Assembly: GCA_027023255.1 (NCBI GenBank)
Contig: JALVVU010000007.1
Span: forward strand, 6,888-70,887
DNA length: 64,000 nucleotides
From: Desulfurococcales archaeon
GTDB taxonomy: Archaea > Thermoproteota > Thermoprotei_A > Sulfolobales > NBVN01
Reading direction: 5' to 3'
Under the pieces are notes generated by a model. It did no database searches. It had not been told where the DNA came from and saw only the letters and a program-made list of their open reading frames with translations. This document shows, piece after piece, positions 25,738-33,770 of this stretch; within the stretch, counting starts at the first letter, position 1; every line of letters begins with the position of its first letter. The translations under genes were made by a program, and so were the position numbers.

Positions 25738-27582
25738 TTATTTGTCACGAGAATGTTCCTTAAGCCATGGGTACATGTCGATCCATTTTTCGAGGAATGG
25801 GCCATATGTCTTGAGGTATAATGGGTGTGTGGTCATCTTCCTTATTAGTTCGTTGTTTCTTCTGTACTTTATTGCCTCTCCTAGGGTGTGTTCGCCTTTC
25901 ATTCTCTTCCATTCCTCTAGTGTGAACATGTACTTCTTCTGCACGTAGTCTCTGTAGACGTCGCTTAACACGTTGAAGGTGCAGAACGGTACTACCCTGC
26001 CGTCAGGCATTAGGTAATGGATGTTGCACCGCATGACTCTCTCAACGTCGTAGTTGTATAGATCCATGAAGTGCATCATCCCGAGGAATAGGAACTTGTA
26101 GTGCCACTTGCCTAGGGCTTCGTATGATTGCTTAGTGAATATCTCTAGAAGTAACTTGGGTAAGCTTTTCTTTAGCTCGGACGGTACCTCACTCCATCTT
26201 ATGAAGTCCTTGAGTATGTTTAGAAGTATTTTAGTTCCTACTAGCAACTTGTGCTTCCCTGCTTTCAGTTCCTCAGCTTTCTCGCGTAAGTACTCCATGA
26301 ATCCCTCAACGTCTATCATTCTTGGTATTGGTATGTATGTCAGTTCTCCGTTCTCTTTATGCACGTAGATGTACGTGCCTACACCACACTCTGGGTGGTT
26401 AGCCATTTCGAACTTGAATCTCCCGGCAAGCGCCTCGGCGAAGACTGATACCGGGACTGATGTGGGGACCGGGTACCAATCGTTAACGGTTATTTGCCCG
26501 TTGGTCTGCTCTTCAATTAATTTTACGGTGTCATATATCGTTACCCTAAGTTTCTGTCTCTCGGCCCTCTTTATCATGCCCGTTAACGATACTGGCTGGA
26601 AGTTCACTGCCCTAACGATATCCATGTTAAGAGCGGCAAACTTTATTATGTCCCCTAGCTCCCCCGTGTTTATACCCTTAATTACCGTAGGCACTAAGAC
26701 CACTGATGTCATTCCAGCTTTACGGAAAACCTCGAAGACAAAGGGGATTTCCCAGTGGTTCTTGGGGTTAGACTTTGGGGTTATGCCGTCGAAGCTCATG
26801 TAGACCGTGTTTACGCCGGTAGTCCTTAATGCCCTAGCGAATTTTACTGCTTCTTCCTCACCTTTCTCTAAGTACAGTCTAGCGAATTTTATTGCGTTCG
26901 TGTTTAGCTGAATGTGCTTTATGCCCATCTCCCTGAGTATCTTTATTATCTCAACGATATCCTCGCGTAGGAGAGGCTCACCACCTGTCAACTGTATTAC
27001 GGGGGTGATTCCCTGCTTAAGATATGATTTAAGCATATGCCTTATTTGCTCCTGCGTTGGCTCATAGACAAAGCCGGACTTCTCGGCGTAGAAGAAGCAA
27101 TACCAGCAGTCCAGGTCACACCTGTTAGTCAGAACTAAGTTAGCTAACGCCGTGTGGTTCTTATGCAGTGGACAGAGACCGCAGCTGAAGGGACATGGCG
27201 CTGTTAGCTCTGTGTACGCATGCCTTGGTCCGCGTCCCTCAACAAACCACTTCTCTATGCGTTTAGCCCACTCAGAGCTCCCCTGATATATCTCTTCTAT
27301 TTCACCGTGCTCCGGACAGATCTTCCTGATGTAGAGCTTATCGTCTCGCTCAACTATTATGGCTGGTAATAAGGCGTAGCAGTAAGGGCATATCGAGTTA
27401 GTGTACCTAACTAGTTTTTCGCCTTTCTTAGTTTTTGGTAGGGGGCCACCAATACGTATTTCCCTATCCGCAATCCTGATTACCCCCTTAACGGGGTCGA
27501 AGGTTGATGGCTTAATTAGCTTGTGTTCGCCCTCGGTGACGGGCTGTGACTCGCCCATTAGCCTGACCTCTAGCTTAACCAT
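25738..27582 (-). CDS. Radical SAM enzyme with extra N-terminal metal sites; candidate tetraether lipid synthase (Tes / GDGT-MAS-like)
   Basis: Radical SAM motif CDLDCWYC. It is immediately preceded by a second CxxxCxxC (CPFSCGLC) and by an N-terminal CPYC...CPEHG rubredoxin-like site. 614 aa. The family assignment is from memory and was not searched. Confidence 0.6.
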   Translation of the reverse strand: MVKLEVRLMGESQPVTEGEHKLIKPSTFDPVKGVIRIADREIRIGGPLPKTKKGEKLVRYTNSICPYCYALLPAIIVERDDKLYIRKICPEHGEIEEIYQGSSEWAKRIEKWFVEGRGPRHAYTELTAPCPFSCGLCPLHKNHTALANLVLTNRCDLDCWYCFFYAEKSGFVYEPTQEQIRHMLKSYLKQGITPVIQLTGGEPLLREDIVEIIKILREMGIKHIQLNTNAIKFARLYLEKGEEEAVKFARALRTTGVNTVYMSFDGITPKSNPKNHWEIPFVFEVFRKAGMTSVVLVPTVIKGINTGELGDIIKFAALNMDIVRAVNFQPVSLTGMIKRAERQKLRVTIYDTVKLIEEQTNGQITVNDWYPVPTSVPVSVFAEALAGRFKFEMANHPECGVGTYIYVHKENGELTYIPIPRMIDVEGFMEYLREKAEELKAGKHKLLVGTKILLNILKDFIRWSEVPSELKKSLPKLLLEIFTKQSYEALGKWHYKFLFLGMMHFMDLYNYDVERVMRCNIHYLMPDGRVVPFCTFNVLSDVYRDYVQKKYMFTLEEWKRMKGEHTLGEAIKYRRNNELIRKMTTHPLYLKTYGPFLEKWIDMYPWLKEHSRDK

Positions 27583-27613
27583 ATACTCCGTTAAAATAAA
27601 AGGTTACTCCGTA

Positions 27614-28570
27614 CTAAGTTGAGGTGAACCCCCTGAAGTTATCCCATCCTCCAAACACTTCTTTCCCTCTTAACAGCACCTTCCCAACTCCTTTCTTGGT
27701 AAGATGCCCTAGCAGGAAACCATCCCCGCAACCCTCACCTCGATTGCAAACGTAAATCACCGTATACTCTTCTCCCATAAACCTTAACACATCCTCCACA
27801 CTAATACCCGCTTCCTCCATGAACTCGGAAACGTCTCTGCAGATCGGGAGTTCCTCGGACAGCATTAGGGACAAAGAATTTGACGCGAGGAACCTTCTCA
27901 CCGAACGCAACCCGTCACTCATGTCCGTAGTTGCCTTAACTTCATCGACGTATCGTAGGAAACTTAACGGTACTTCCGGCCTACGTAACCACTCCTTAAC
28001 GCTACTCGGTATATCACCCTTAATTGTCAAGTAATGCATTAGTGCAGGAATTGCTGACCTGCCCAAGCACGATGTTACGTAGACCTTGTCACCTGCCTGC
28101 GCTCCTCTCATTCTAATAGGTTTTCTTGCCTCACCTAACATGGTTACGTCTATCCACACACCCAAGGGATCCTCGGAGGCATTGAAGTCCCCTCCCAATA
28201 CCTTAACCCCATATCGTTGAGCAAACTCGCGAATACCCGTCCCAATTAAGCGGACGTCCTCAAGGGTCCTCCCCTTAGGCACACCAAGCGATATCAACGT
28301 GTACCGAGGTCTCCCGCCTTTAGCTACAATGTCTAAGGCACTCCCAGCCAGGACACGGTAAGTTAGATCGTCTAACCCCATCCACGGGTACTTAGACGCT
28401 CGCTCCGATGTACCGTCGACTTTGATTATAGTTATGCCCTCCAAGCACAGGGCTGCAGCATCATCTAACTTATCGAGGAGACCTCCATCGAAGCTATTGC
28501 TCAAGGACTCAATTAACGTGCTTATTGCTTTGTCCTCCCCAACGTTAGCTAATTTAAGTTCTGGCTTCAA
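27614..28570 (-). CDS. thiL: Thiamine-monophosphate kinase-like PurM/AIR-synthase-superfamily protein
   Basis: LDDAAAL, LDIVAKGGRP and VLGGDFNAS match the ThiL/PurM N-domain pattern. Confidence 0.65.
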   Translation of the reverse strand: MKPELKLANVGEDKAISTLIESLSNSFDGGLLDKLDDAAALCLEGITIIKVDGTSERASKYPWMGLDDLTYRVLAGSALDIVAKGGRPRYTLISLGVPKGRTLEDVRLIGTGIREFAQRYGVKVLGGDFNASEDPLGVWIDVTMLGEARKPIRMRGAQAGDKVYVTSCLGRSAIPALMHYLTIKGDIPSSVKEWLRRPEVPLSFLRYVDEVKATTDMSDGLRSVRRFLASNSLSLMLSEELPICRDVSEFMEEAGISVEDVLRFMGEEYTVIYVCNRGEGCGDGFLLGHLTKKGVGKVLLRGKEVFGGWDNFRGFTST

Positions 28571-28641
28571 TTGTTGAACCCGCTGTGGTAGTCCCTATGT
28601 AAGTTATTAAGGCCTAGGTTATGGGACATTAGGGACTACGT

Positions 28642-30126
28642 TTGCGTGGCTCACCCCTACCGATACTGGTGCTTGCGGCAATCCTATTTTCGTTATTGCT
28701 TAGTTACCCTTCCGTGAGTACCTCAGCACAACCTAGTCACGGTAAACTACAGCACCTTAGCTTCACATTGTATGATTACGCGTACGTCGTCTTAACAAAG
28801 AACAGAACAACAGCGTACTTTGAGATACCGACAAACTACAGTGACGGCACGCTCAGTCAGACGGTATATATCGTTGCTTACGGTGGTGACGTGGCGCTCG
28901 TAGGGAACGACAGCAACGTCACCGCACAGATTAAAGTCTTCAACGGAAGCTACGGCTTCGTGGTTGTTAGGATTAAGCAGACATTCCTAAACCTAACGGG
29001 CGTAGTGCTCGAAATATCCCGTAACCCTAAGGCATTCGCAAATGTTGAGAACAAAATCCCGCAGAGCATTAGGGAAAAGTACGTGAAGAAACCTGCAAAT
29101 ATAATCAAGCAGGAGGTCGTTCCCGACTTCACCAAGTGGCTTAAGGAGAGAGGATACAGTGTTAATAACGTGTCCAAAGCATTCCTCGCCGTCCAAGCCG
29201 CCGTGTTTATCTATCTGTCAGGCTACATACACTATAGCCCAAGTGCCCTACCTAGGACGCTTGCCGATATAATTAACAAGCATCAGGGAGACTGTGACGA
29301 CATGTCCAGAGTCTTAATGAATTTGCTGTGGTACTACGGAATACCTGCCAAGATGGAGTACAGTTACGTATACCTACCACTAAACATGACCATGCCCATC
29401 GAAGGCTCGTACATGAGGTTCCTCAACGCTGGTCCCCACGCCTACACACTCATGTACATCCCGACCGTCGGTTGGGTCTCGCTGGACTTCCTAGCTGGGG
29501 CTAGGCTTAACAACCCATCATTAGTTGAGGGTGAATCACTCACTGCGGAAGTTACGGAGAAGCAATTGGAGCATGCTAAGAAGGAACTCTCTAGGATAAG
29601 GTACGCTGAAGAAGTAATGCTGTTTAAGGACAGCGAAATACCATCGAAGTTAAGGACATACAACGTCAGTAAATTAGCGACAACACTACACGACATGCTA
29701 CTTCCCCTCATCAAGAAGGTTGCGCTAGAGGCAGGGTTAAACATAACAAGCACAGCAACCTCAAGTACTACGACACAGTCCAGCACTACAGTAACAGGAA
29801 CAAACACGAGCACACCAGAGAATCGCACAGGAACAAGCTCTACTACCACGTTGGTGACGACGCAGCATACATCAACGACAAGTACGACACCATCAAGTAC
29901 GGCAACCTACTCAACGCAGGAGACAACCTGCACTACCTCCCGGACAAGTACGCCACACGGCACAAGGATAACATCAACAACTAATACAAGCACACCAAAA
30001 GTAAACATCATTAATGAGCCTGATTTCCTAGGATTCCTACTACTGCTTATCCTACTAGTAATTATCCTCGCACGATACGCCGTTAAGGCAAGCTCAGGAA
30101 CTCAGCAAGTACATCCTAGCACGTAA
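28642..30126 (+). CDS. Secreted transglutaminase-like cysteine protease-fold protein with Thr/Ser-rich stalk and C-terminal TM anchor
   Basis: Signal-like N-terminus. HQGDCDDMSRVLMNLLWYYGIPAK (Cys), GPHAYTLMYIPTVGWVSLD (His/Asp). Many N-x-S/T sequons, an ~85-aa T/S tract, then FLGFLLLLILLVIILARY. Confidence 0.75.
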   Translation: MRGSPLPILVLAAILFSLLLSYPSVSTSAQPSHGKLQHLSFTLYDYAYVVLTKNRTTAYFEIPTNYSDGTLSQTVYIVAYGGDVALVGNDSNVTAQIKVFNGSYGFVVVRIKQTFLNLTGVVLEISRNPKAFANVENKIPQSIREKYVKKPANIIKQEVVPDFTKWLKERGYSVNNVSKAFLAVQAAVFIYLSGYIHYSPSALPRTLADIINKHQGDCDDMSRVLMNLLWYYGIPAKMEYSYVYLPLNMTMPIEGSYMRFLNAGPHAYTLMYIPTVGWVSLDFLAGARLNNPSLVEGESLTAEVTEKQLEHAKKELSRIRYAEEVMLFKDSEIPSKLRTYNVSKLATTLHDMLLPLIKKVALEAGLNITSTATSSTTTQSSTTVTGTNTSTPENRTGTSSTTTLVTTQHTSTTSTTPSSTATYSTQETTCTTSRTSTPHGTRITSTTNTSTPKVNIINEPDFLGFLLLLILLVIILARYAVKASSGTQQVHPST

Positions 30127-31245
30127 CCCGCCATGCATCACGTTAATCCTACGGACTATCTTAATCCCTGCCTCATCAGCTGCCCTCTCTAACGCCCTCA
30201 CCGCGGCTGTAATTAGCGCTAATCGTGCCTCCGGGAAGCGCTCGAAAAATACCTCTAAGAACTTCCTGTAGAACATGGGTAACTTCTTCGGGTTATGAAA
30301 CCTTATTCCGTAGGGCGGATTAACAGCGGCATAACGCACTTCAGTGTCTACGAGTGAGTAAGTCTTCCGTAGCGTTGAGTCGCCTTCAATGAATGTAGTG
30401 ACCCAAGCAACGTTGGCTGACGTCGCATTTAGGCGTGCGCCGGCTAAGTGCTTTGGGCTAGCATCAATGCAGTATGCGTGAATGTCCTTCGTTAACTCTA
30501 TCCTTGAGAGGAGATCTGTGATCGTATCGCGTTCGACTTGAGGGTCGTAGAGCTTTAGCTTCTTGTAAGCGTAGTCCTGCCTGAACAGAGTGATGGGCAT
30601 AGAGAGCGCTCTGTGGGCAGCCTCAATAACTATCGTGGCCCCGCCACACATGGGGTCCAGGAACGACCCTTCCTTGTAGTCCAGTAGCTCTAGTAGCGCG
30701 GCGGCTAACGTGGTCTTGAGTGCCGCTGGGTGGTCATACACTCTATACCTACGTCTGTGGAGCGATGTGCCGGTGGTGTTGATACCTATGATTAAGTCGT
30801 CATTTATTACGAAGGCATGTACCTCAACATCAGGTCTCCTTAGGTTAACCTTCAGCCTAACACCGGTTTCGCTCGCATACGACTCAATTATGCCCGCCCC
30901 AACCTCCCGCCCCACGTCAATACTGGTGAAATCATGCGTACCTACGCGCTCGGCCCTAACAGCGAAGGTTGCATTACTCTTAATGAATTCCATGTAGCTT
31001 AAGCTTTCGGCAATCTCCCTTATGTCACGTAAGGTTCTGAATTTAGTGTGGATTAATTCAATGAAGACCCTATTCACGGTTCGTAAGGTATTATTGCCTA
31101 CGTAAGTAAAGCGTTCGTCAGCAGTGAGGAATACCTTGCCAGGCGCGGTTGACTTCACGCTGACGCCTGCCTTACTCATTTCCTTAGCTACAAGGTCTTC
31201 CGTGCCCTGCGGAGCTGTACAGAAGTATCGTAACATCCCTAGCAC
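30094..31245 (-). CDS. THUMP-domain SAM-dependent RNA (tRNA guanine-N2-type) methyltransferase
   Basis: DPMCGGATIVIEAA (SAM motif I) and NPPYG (motif IV), with an N-terminal THUMP-like region. 383 aa. Confidence 0.8.
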   Translation of the reverse strand: MLGMLRYFCTAPQGTEDLVAKEMSKAGVSVKSTAPGKVFLTADERFTYVGNNTLRTVNRVFIELIHTKFRTLRDIREIAESLSYMEFIKSNATFAVRAERVGTHDFTSIDVGREVGAGIIESYASETGVRLKVNLRRPDVEVHAFVINDDLIIGINTTGTSLHRRRYRVYDHPAALKTTLAAALLELLDYKEGSFLDPMCGGATIVIEAAHRALSMPITLFRQDYAYKKLKLYDPQVERDTITDLLSRIELTKDIHAYCIDASPKHLAGARLNATSANVAWVTTFIEGDSTLRKTYSLVDTEVRYAAVNPPYGIRFHNPKKLPMFYRKFLEVFFERFPEARLALITAAVRALERAADEAGIKIVRRINVMHGGLRARMYLLSS

Positions 31246-31296
31246 ACTCCCAACGTTTAAGGCTGATTATCGGAAGCTCTCCAACATATGTGATTA

Positions 31297-31372
<76 letters not shown>

Positions 31373-31437
31373 TCCAGTCATTTGGATTAGTGAACCCTTA
31401 TTTTCTTTTCTACCCTTTGCTCTTTAGGTGAGTTAGG

Positions 31438-32814
31438 CTGACACACGTTAAACTGATCGCGTCTCTAGGGCCCGCTTCTAAAGATTTAGAAACAGTTATC
31501 AAGTTAGTTAACGCCGGCGCGTCGGGGTTCAGGATAAACTTCGCTCACGGAGATAGTAATTTCTGGAAAACCCTCGCTGACAACGTTAGGAAGGCTGAGG
31601 AAATAACAGGCAAGCCTTTGACGCTAATAACGGATCTCGAAGGATCCTCCATAAGGTTAGGTGAGTTACCTGAGCCCCTAACCTTGAGGAAGGGTGATAT
31701 CGCCAGGTTAGTTCCGCAGCAGAGAGCCGAAGAGCCGGGCACGATACCATTCCCAAACGAGAGAGTACTTTCTGAGCTTGAGGAGGGAGACATCCTAGTC
31801 ATGGATGATGGTAGGGTTAGGTTAAGGGTTGTTAAGGTTTCAGGTGATGAAGTTGAAGTCGCAGCCCTAACTGACGCTGTCATTAAGTCTCGCAAGGGAG
31901 TTGTTGTTCAGAACAAGGAGTTCGACCTCCCGGTCCTAACCAAGAAGGATTTAGAGGATATCAAGTTCGCCTGTAGTGTTGGGGCTGACTACATAGGGCT
32001 CAGCTACGTTAGGAACGCAGATAACGTGCGGGTATTGAAGGAACTGCTTAGGGAGATGAGGTGCGATGCCGGAGTAGTGGCTAAGATAGAGACAAGGTCA
32101 GCGGTCAAGAATGTTGAGGACATAGCGCATGTAGCTGACGTGATACTGGTTGCTAGGGGGGACTTAGGAATGAACTTTGGACTAGAGGAGATACCGAGGA
32201 TTCAAAGACGAATTGTTGAGGCCTCGCTGAGAATAGGTAAGCCCGTCATAGTAGCGACGCAGCTCCTGGAATCCATGGTTGAGAACCCCGTCCCGACGCG
32301 GGCTGAGGTTGTTGATACTTACGTTGCCGTGTCTGAGGGCGTTGACGCGTTAATGCTAACCGGGGAAACAGCCGCTGGCAAATACCCCGTTGAAGCAGTG
32401 AAGTGGTTACGCCGGATAGTTAGTAAGGCTGAGGCCAGTGAAAATGTGAGGACGTACAGGGAGGGTGGCCCACTGAAGAGAAGGTACGCTAAGGGTGTTG
32501 CCGAACTTGCAGAGGACTTGAACGCCAAGATAATAATATACTCATCAACGGGGGTCACCGCCCGCCACCTAGCATCAATAAGACCCAACGTGCCTTTCTA
32601 CGTGGCTGTGCCTAACATAAAGGTCGCTAGGTCAATAAACATACTGTGGGGAGTGAATCCTATAATAACTCCCACAAAGAACCATGAAGAAGGGCTTGAG
32701 GAGGCTTTCAAGAAACTCATCAGGATGGATGAGGTCTCAATAGGCGATCTAATAGTAATGACCTACGGCATGAAAGGTGAGGAGCAGGTAATCAAGGTTA
32801 GGCGCTACGTGTAA
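31438..32814 (+). CDS. pyk: Pyruvate kinase (start proposed at CTG 31438; track ORF begins at TTG 31618)
   Basis: Track ORF motifs: VAKIETRSAV, ILVARGDLGMNFGLEEIP, ATQLLESM, MLTGETAAGKYP. The frame is open from 31432 and encodes THVKLIASLGPASKDLETVIKLVNAGASGFRINFAHGD upstream of the first canonical start. Confidence 0.85.
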   Translation: MTHVKLIASLGPASKDLETVIKLVNAGASGFRINFAHGDSNFWKTLADNVRKAEEITGKPLTLITDLEGSSIRLGELPEPLTLRKGDIARLVPQQRAEEPGTIPFPNERVLSELEEGDILVMDDGRVRLRVVKVSGDEVEVAALTDAVIKSRKGVVVQNKEFDLPVLTKKDLEDIKFACSVGADYIGLSYVRNADNVRVLKELLREMRCDAGVVAKIETRSAVKNVEDIAHVADVILVARGDLGMNFGLEEIPRIQRRIVEASLRIGKPVIVATQLLESMVENPVPTRAEVVDTYVAVSEGVDALMLTGETAAGKYPVEAVKWLRRIVSKAEASENVRTYREGGPLKRRYAKGVAELAEDLNAKIIIYSSTGVTARHLASIRPNVPFYVAVPNIKVARSINILWGVNPIITPTKNHEEGLEEAFKKLIRMDEVSIGDLIVMTYGMKGEEQVIKVRRYV

Positions 32815-32892
32815 CGTTACCGAAACCTGAAAATGATTTTATACTGAACCACATTATGTGAAGCGGCTGAAGGGGAGGCGAGGTGAGTCAAA

Positions 32893-33708
32893 CTGACCAA
32901 GAAAAGAAAAAGAAGAGATAAGGGGGCAGGTAAGGTAATCGTTAAGAAGAAAGCAAGGATTTCACCCTCTATAAGAACTAGGAAAGTTAGGTGGGACCTA
33001 ATTATAGCTGCTGCAATAGTAGTATTCATAGCTGTAGGCGTGATCTACCTCGTAACTCACGCATCGAGGGAAACACCCCATCAACTAAAGCCAGCCACGG
33101 AGAATCTTTACAAGGCGCTTGAGGAAATATACTTCACAAACAAACCCAATCCTAACGCGACCCTAGACGTATTCTACGGCGTCAGAGGTAATGTTAACCT
33201 GAACGGCACGGTCTTCGGCGTCAAGGACATCATGCAGTTCAGAATATTCTTCTACAACAGGACACTCAAAGTACCAACAAATGAGAGCGGAACTTCCGGC
33301 AACAAAACCAAAATAGTCGTGTTGAGTGGGCACGGCGTCATACCCCTCGGTGCCTACTACATCCAACCAGTGTTAGACGTATTGGGCTTCACAAGTAAAG
33401 TTGAGAATATCTCAATGCTCCTAGTTAACGTTGAAAACCTCAAAAACCATAACGTAAGTGTAGAGACAAAATACCTCGGGCACGACAAGGTCACAATACC
33501 CACGGTTAAGGAGCCTTTAGATACCGTGAAGGTACAATATACATACACTATTAAAGTACACAACAAGACTTACCACGTTAACGCTACCGTATGGTACGAG
33601 ACTAAGTATAAGTTCCCTGTAAAGGCAGTCATAAATATTAATGGGTATACCTTGACGTTTAAGCTTGAGTACGCTGAGTTAACGTACTTAAGTCAGCGAA
33701 GAATCTGA
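32893..33708 (+). CDS. Type II membrane-anchored, N-glycosylation-rich extracellular protein (start proposed at CTG 32893; track ORF begins at GTG 33040)
   Basis: Nine N-x-S/T sequons in the track ORF. The in-frame upstream region (open from 32887) encodes a K/R-rich segment plus the only TM helix (WDLIIAAAIVVFIAVGVIYLV). There is no ATG/GTG/TTG before 33040. Confidence 0.5.
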   Translation: MTKKRKRRDKGAGKVIVKKKARISPSIRTRKVRWDLIIAAAIVVFIAVGVIYLVTHASRETPHQLKPATENLYKALEEIYFTNKPNPNATLDVFYGVRGNVNLNGTVFGVKDIMQFRIFFYNRTLKVPTNESGTSGNKTKIVVLSGHGVIPLGAYYIQPVLDVLGFTSKVENISMLLVNVENLKNHNVSVETKYLGHDKVTIPTVKEPLDTVKVQYTYTIKVHNKTYHVNATVWYETKYKFPVKAVININGYTLTFKLEYAELTYLSQRRI

Positions 33709-33770
33709 GGAGTTAATCACGTACTAACACAATTACTTTTAACCTCACGAAAACACTCAGATGTAGTGAT

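Noticed and set aside
31426-31433. AGGTGAGT upstream of the pyruvate kinase and again at 32881-32888, resembling a eukaryotic 5' splice-site consensus
   Set aside because: Spliceosomal introns are not known in archaeal protein genes. The motif is more simply a GGTGA Shine-Dalgarno element, which recurs at the same spacing before canonical starts in this window.
32817-33029. 70-aa minus-strand ORF between pyk and the glycoprotein gene
   Set aside because: It is antisense to the open upstream extension of the plus-strand gene, which encodes a sensible positive-inside/TM segment. It has no SD or motif of its own.
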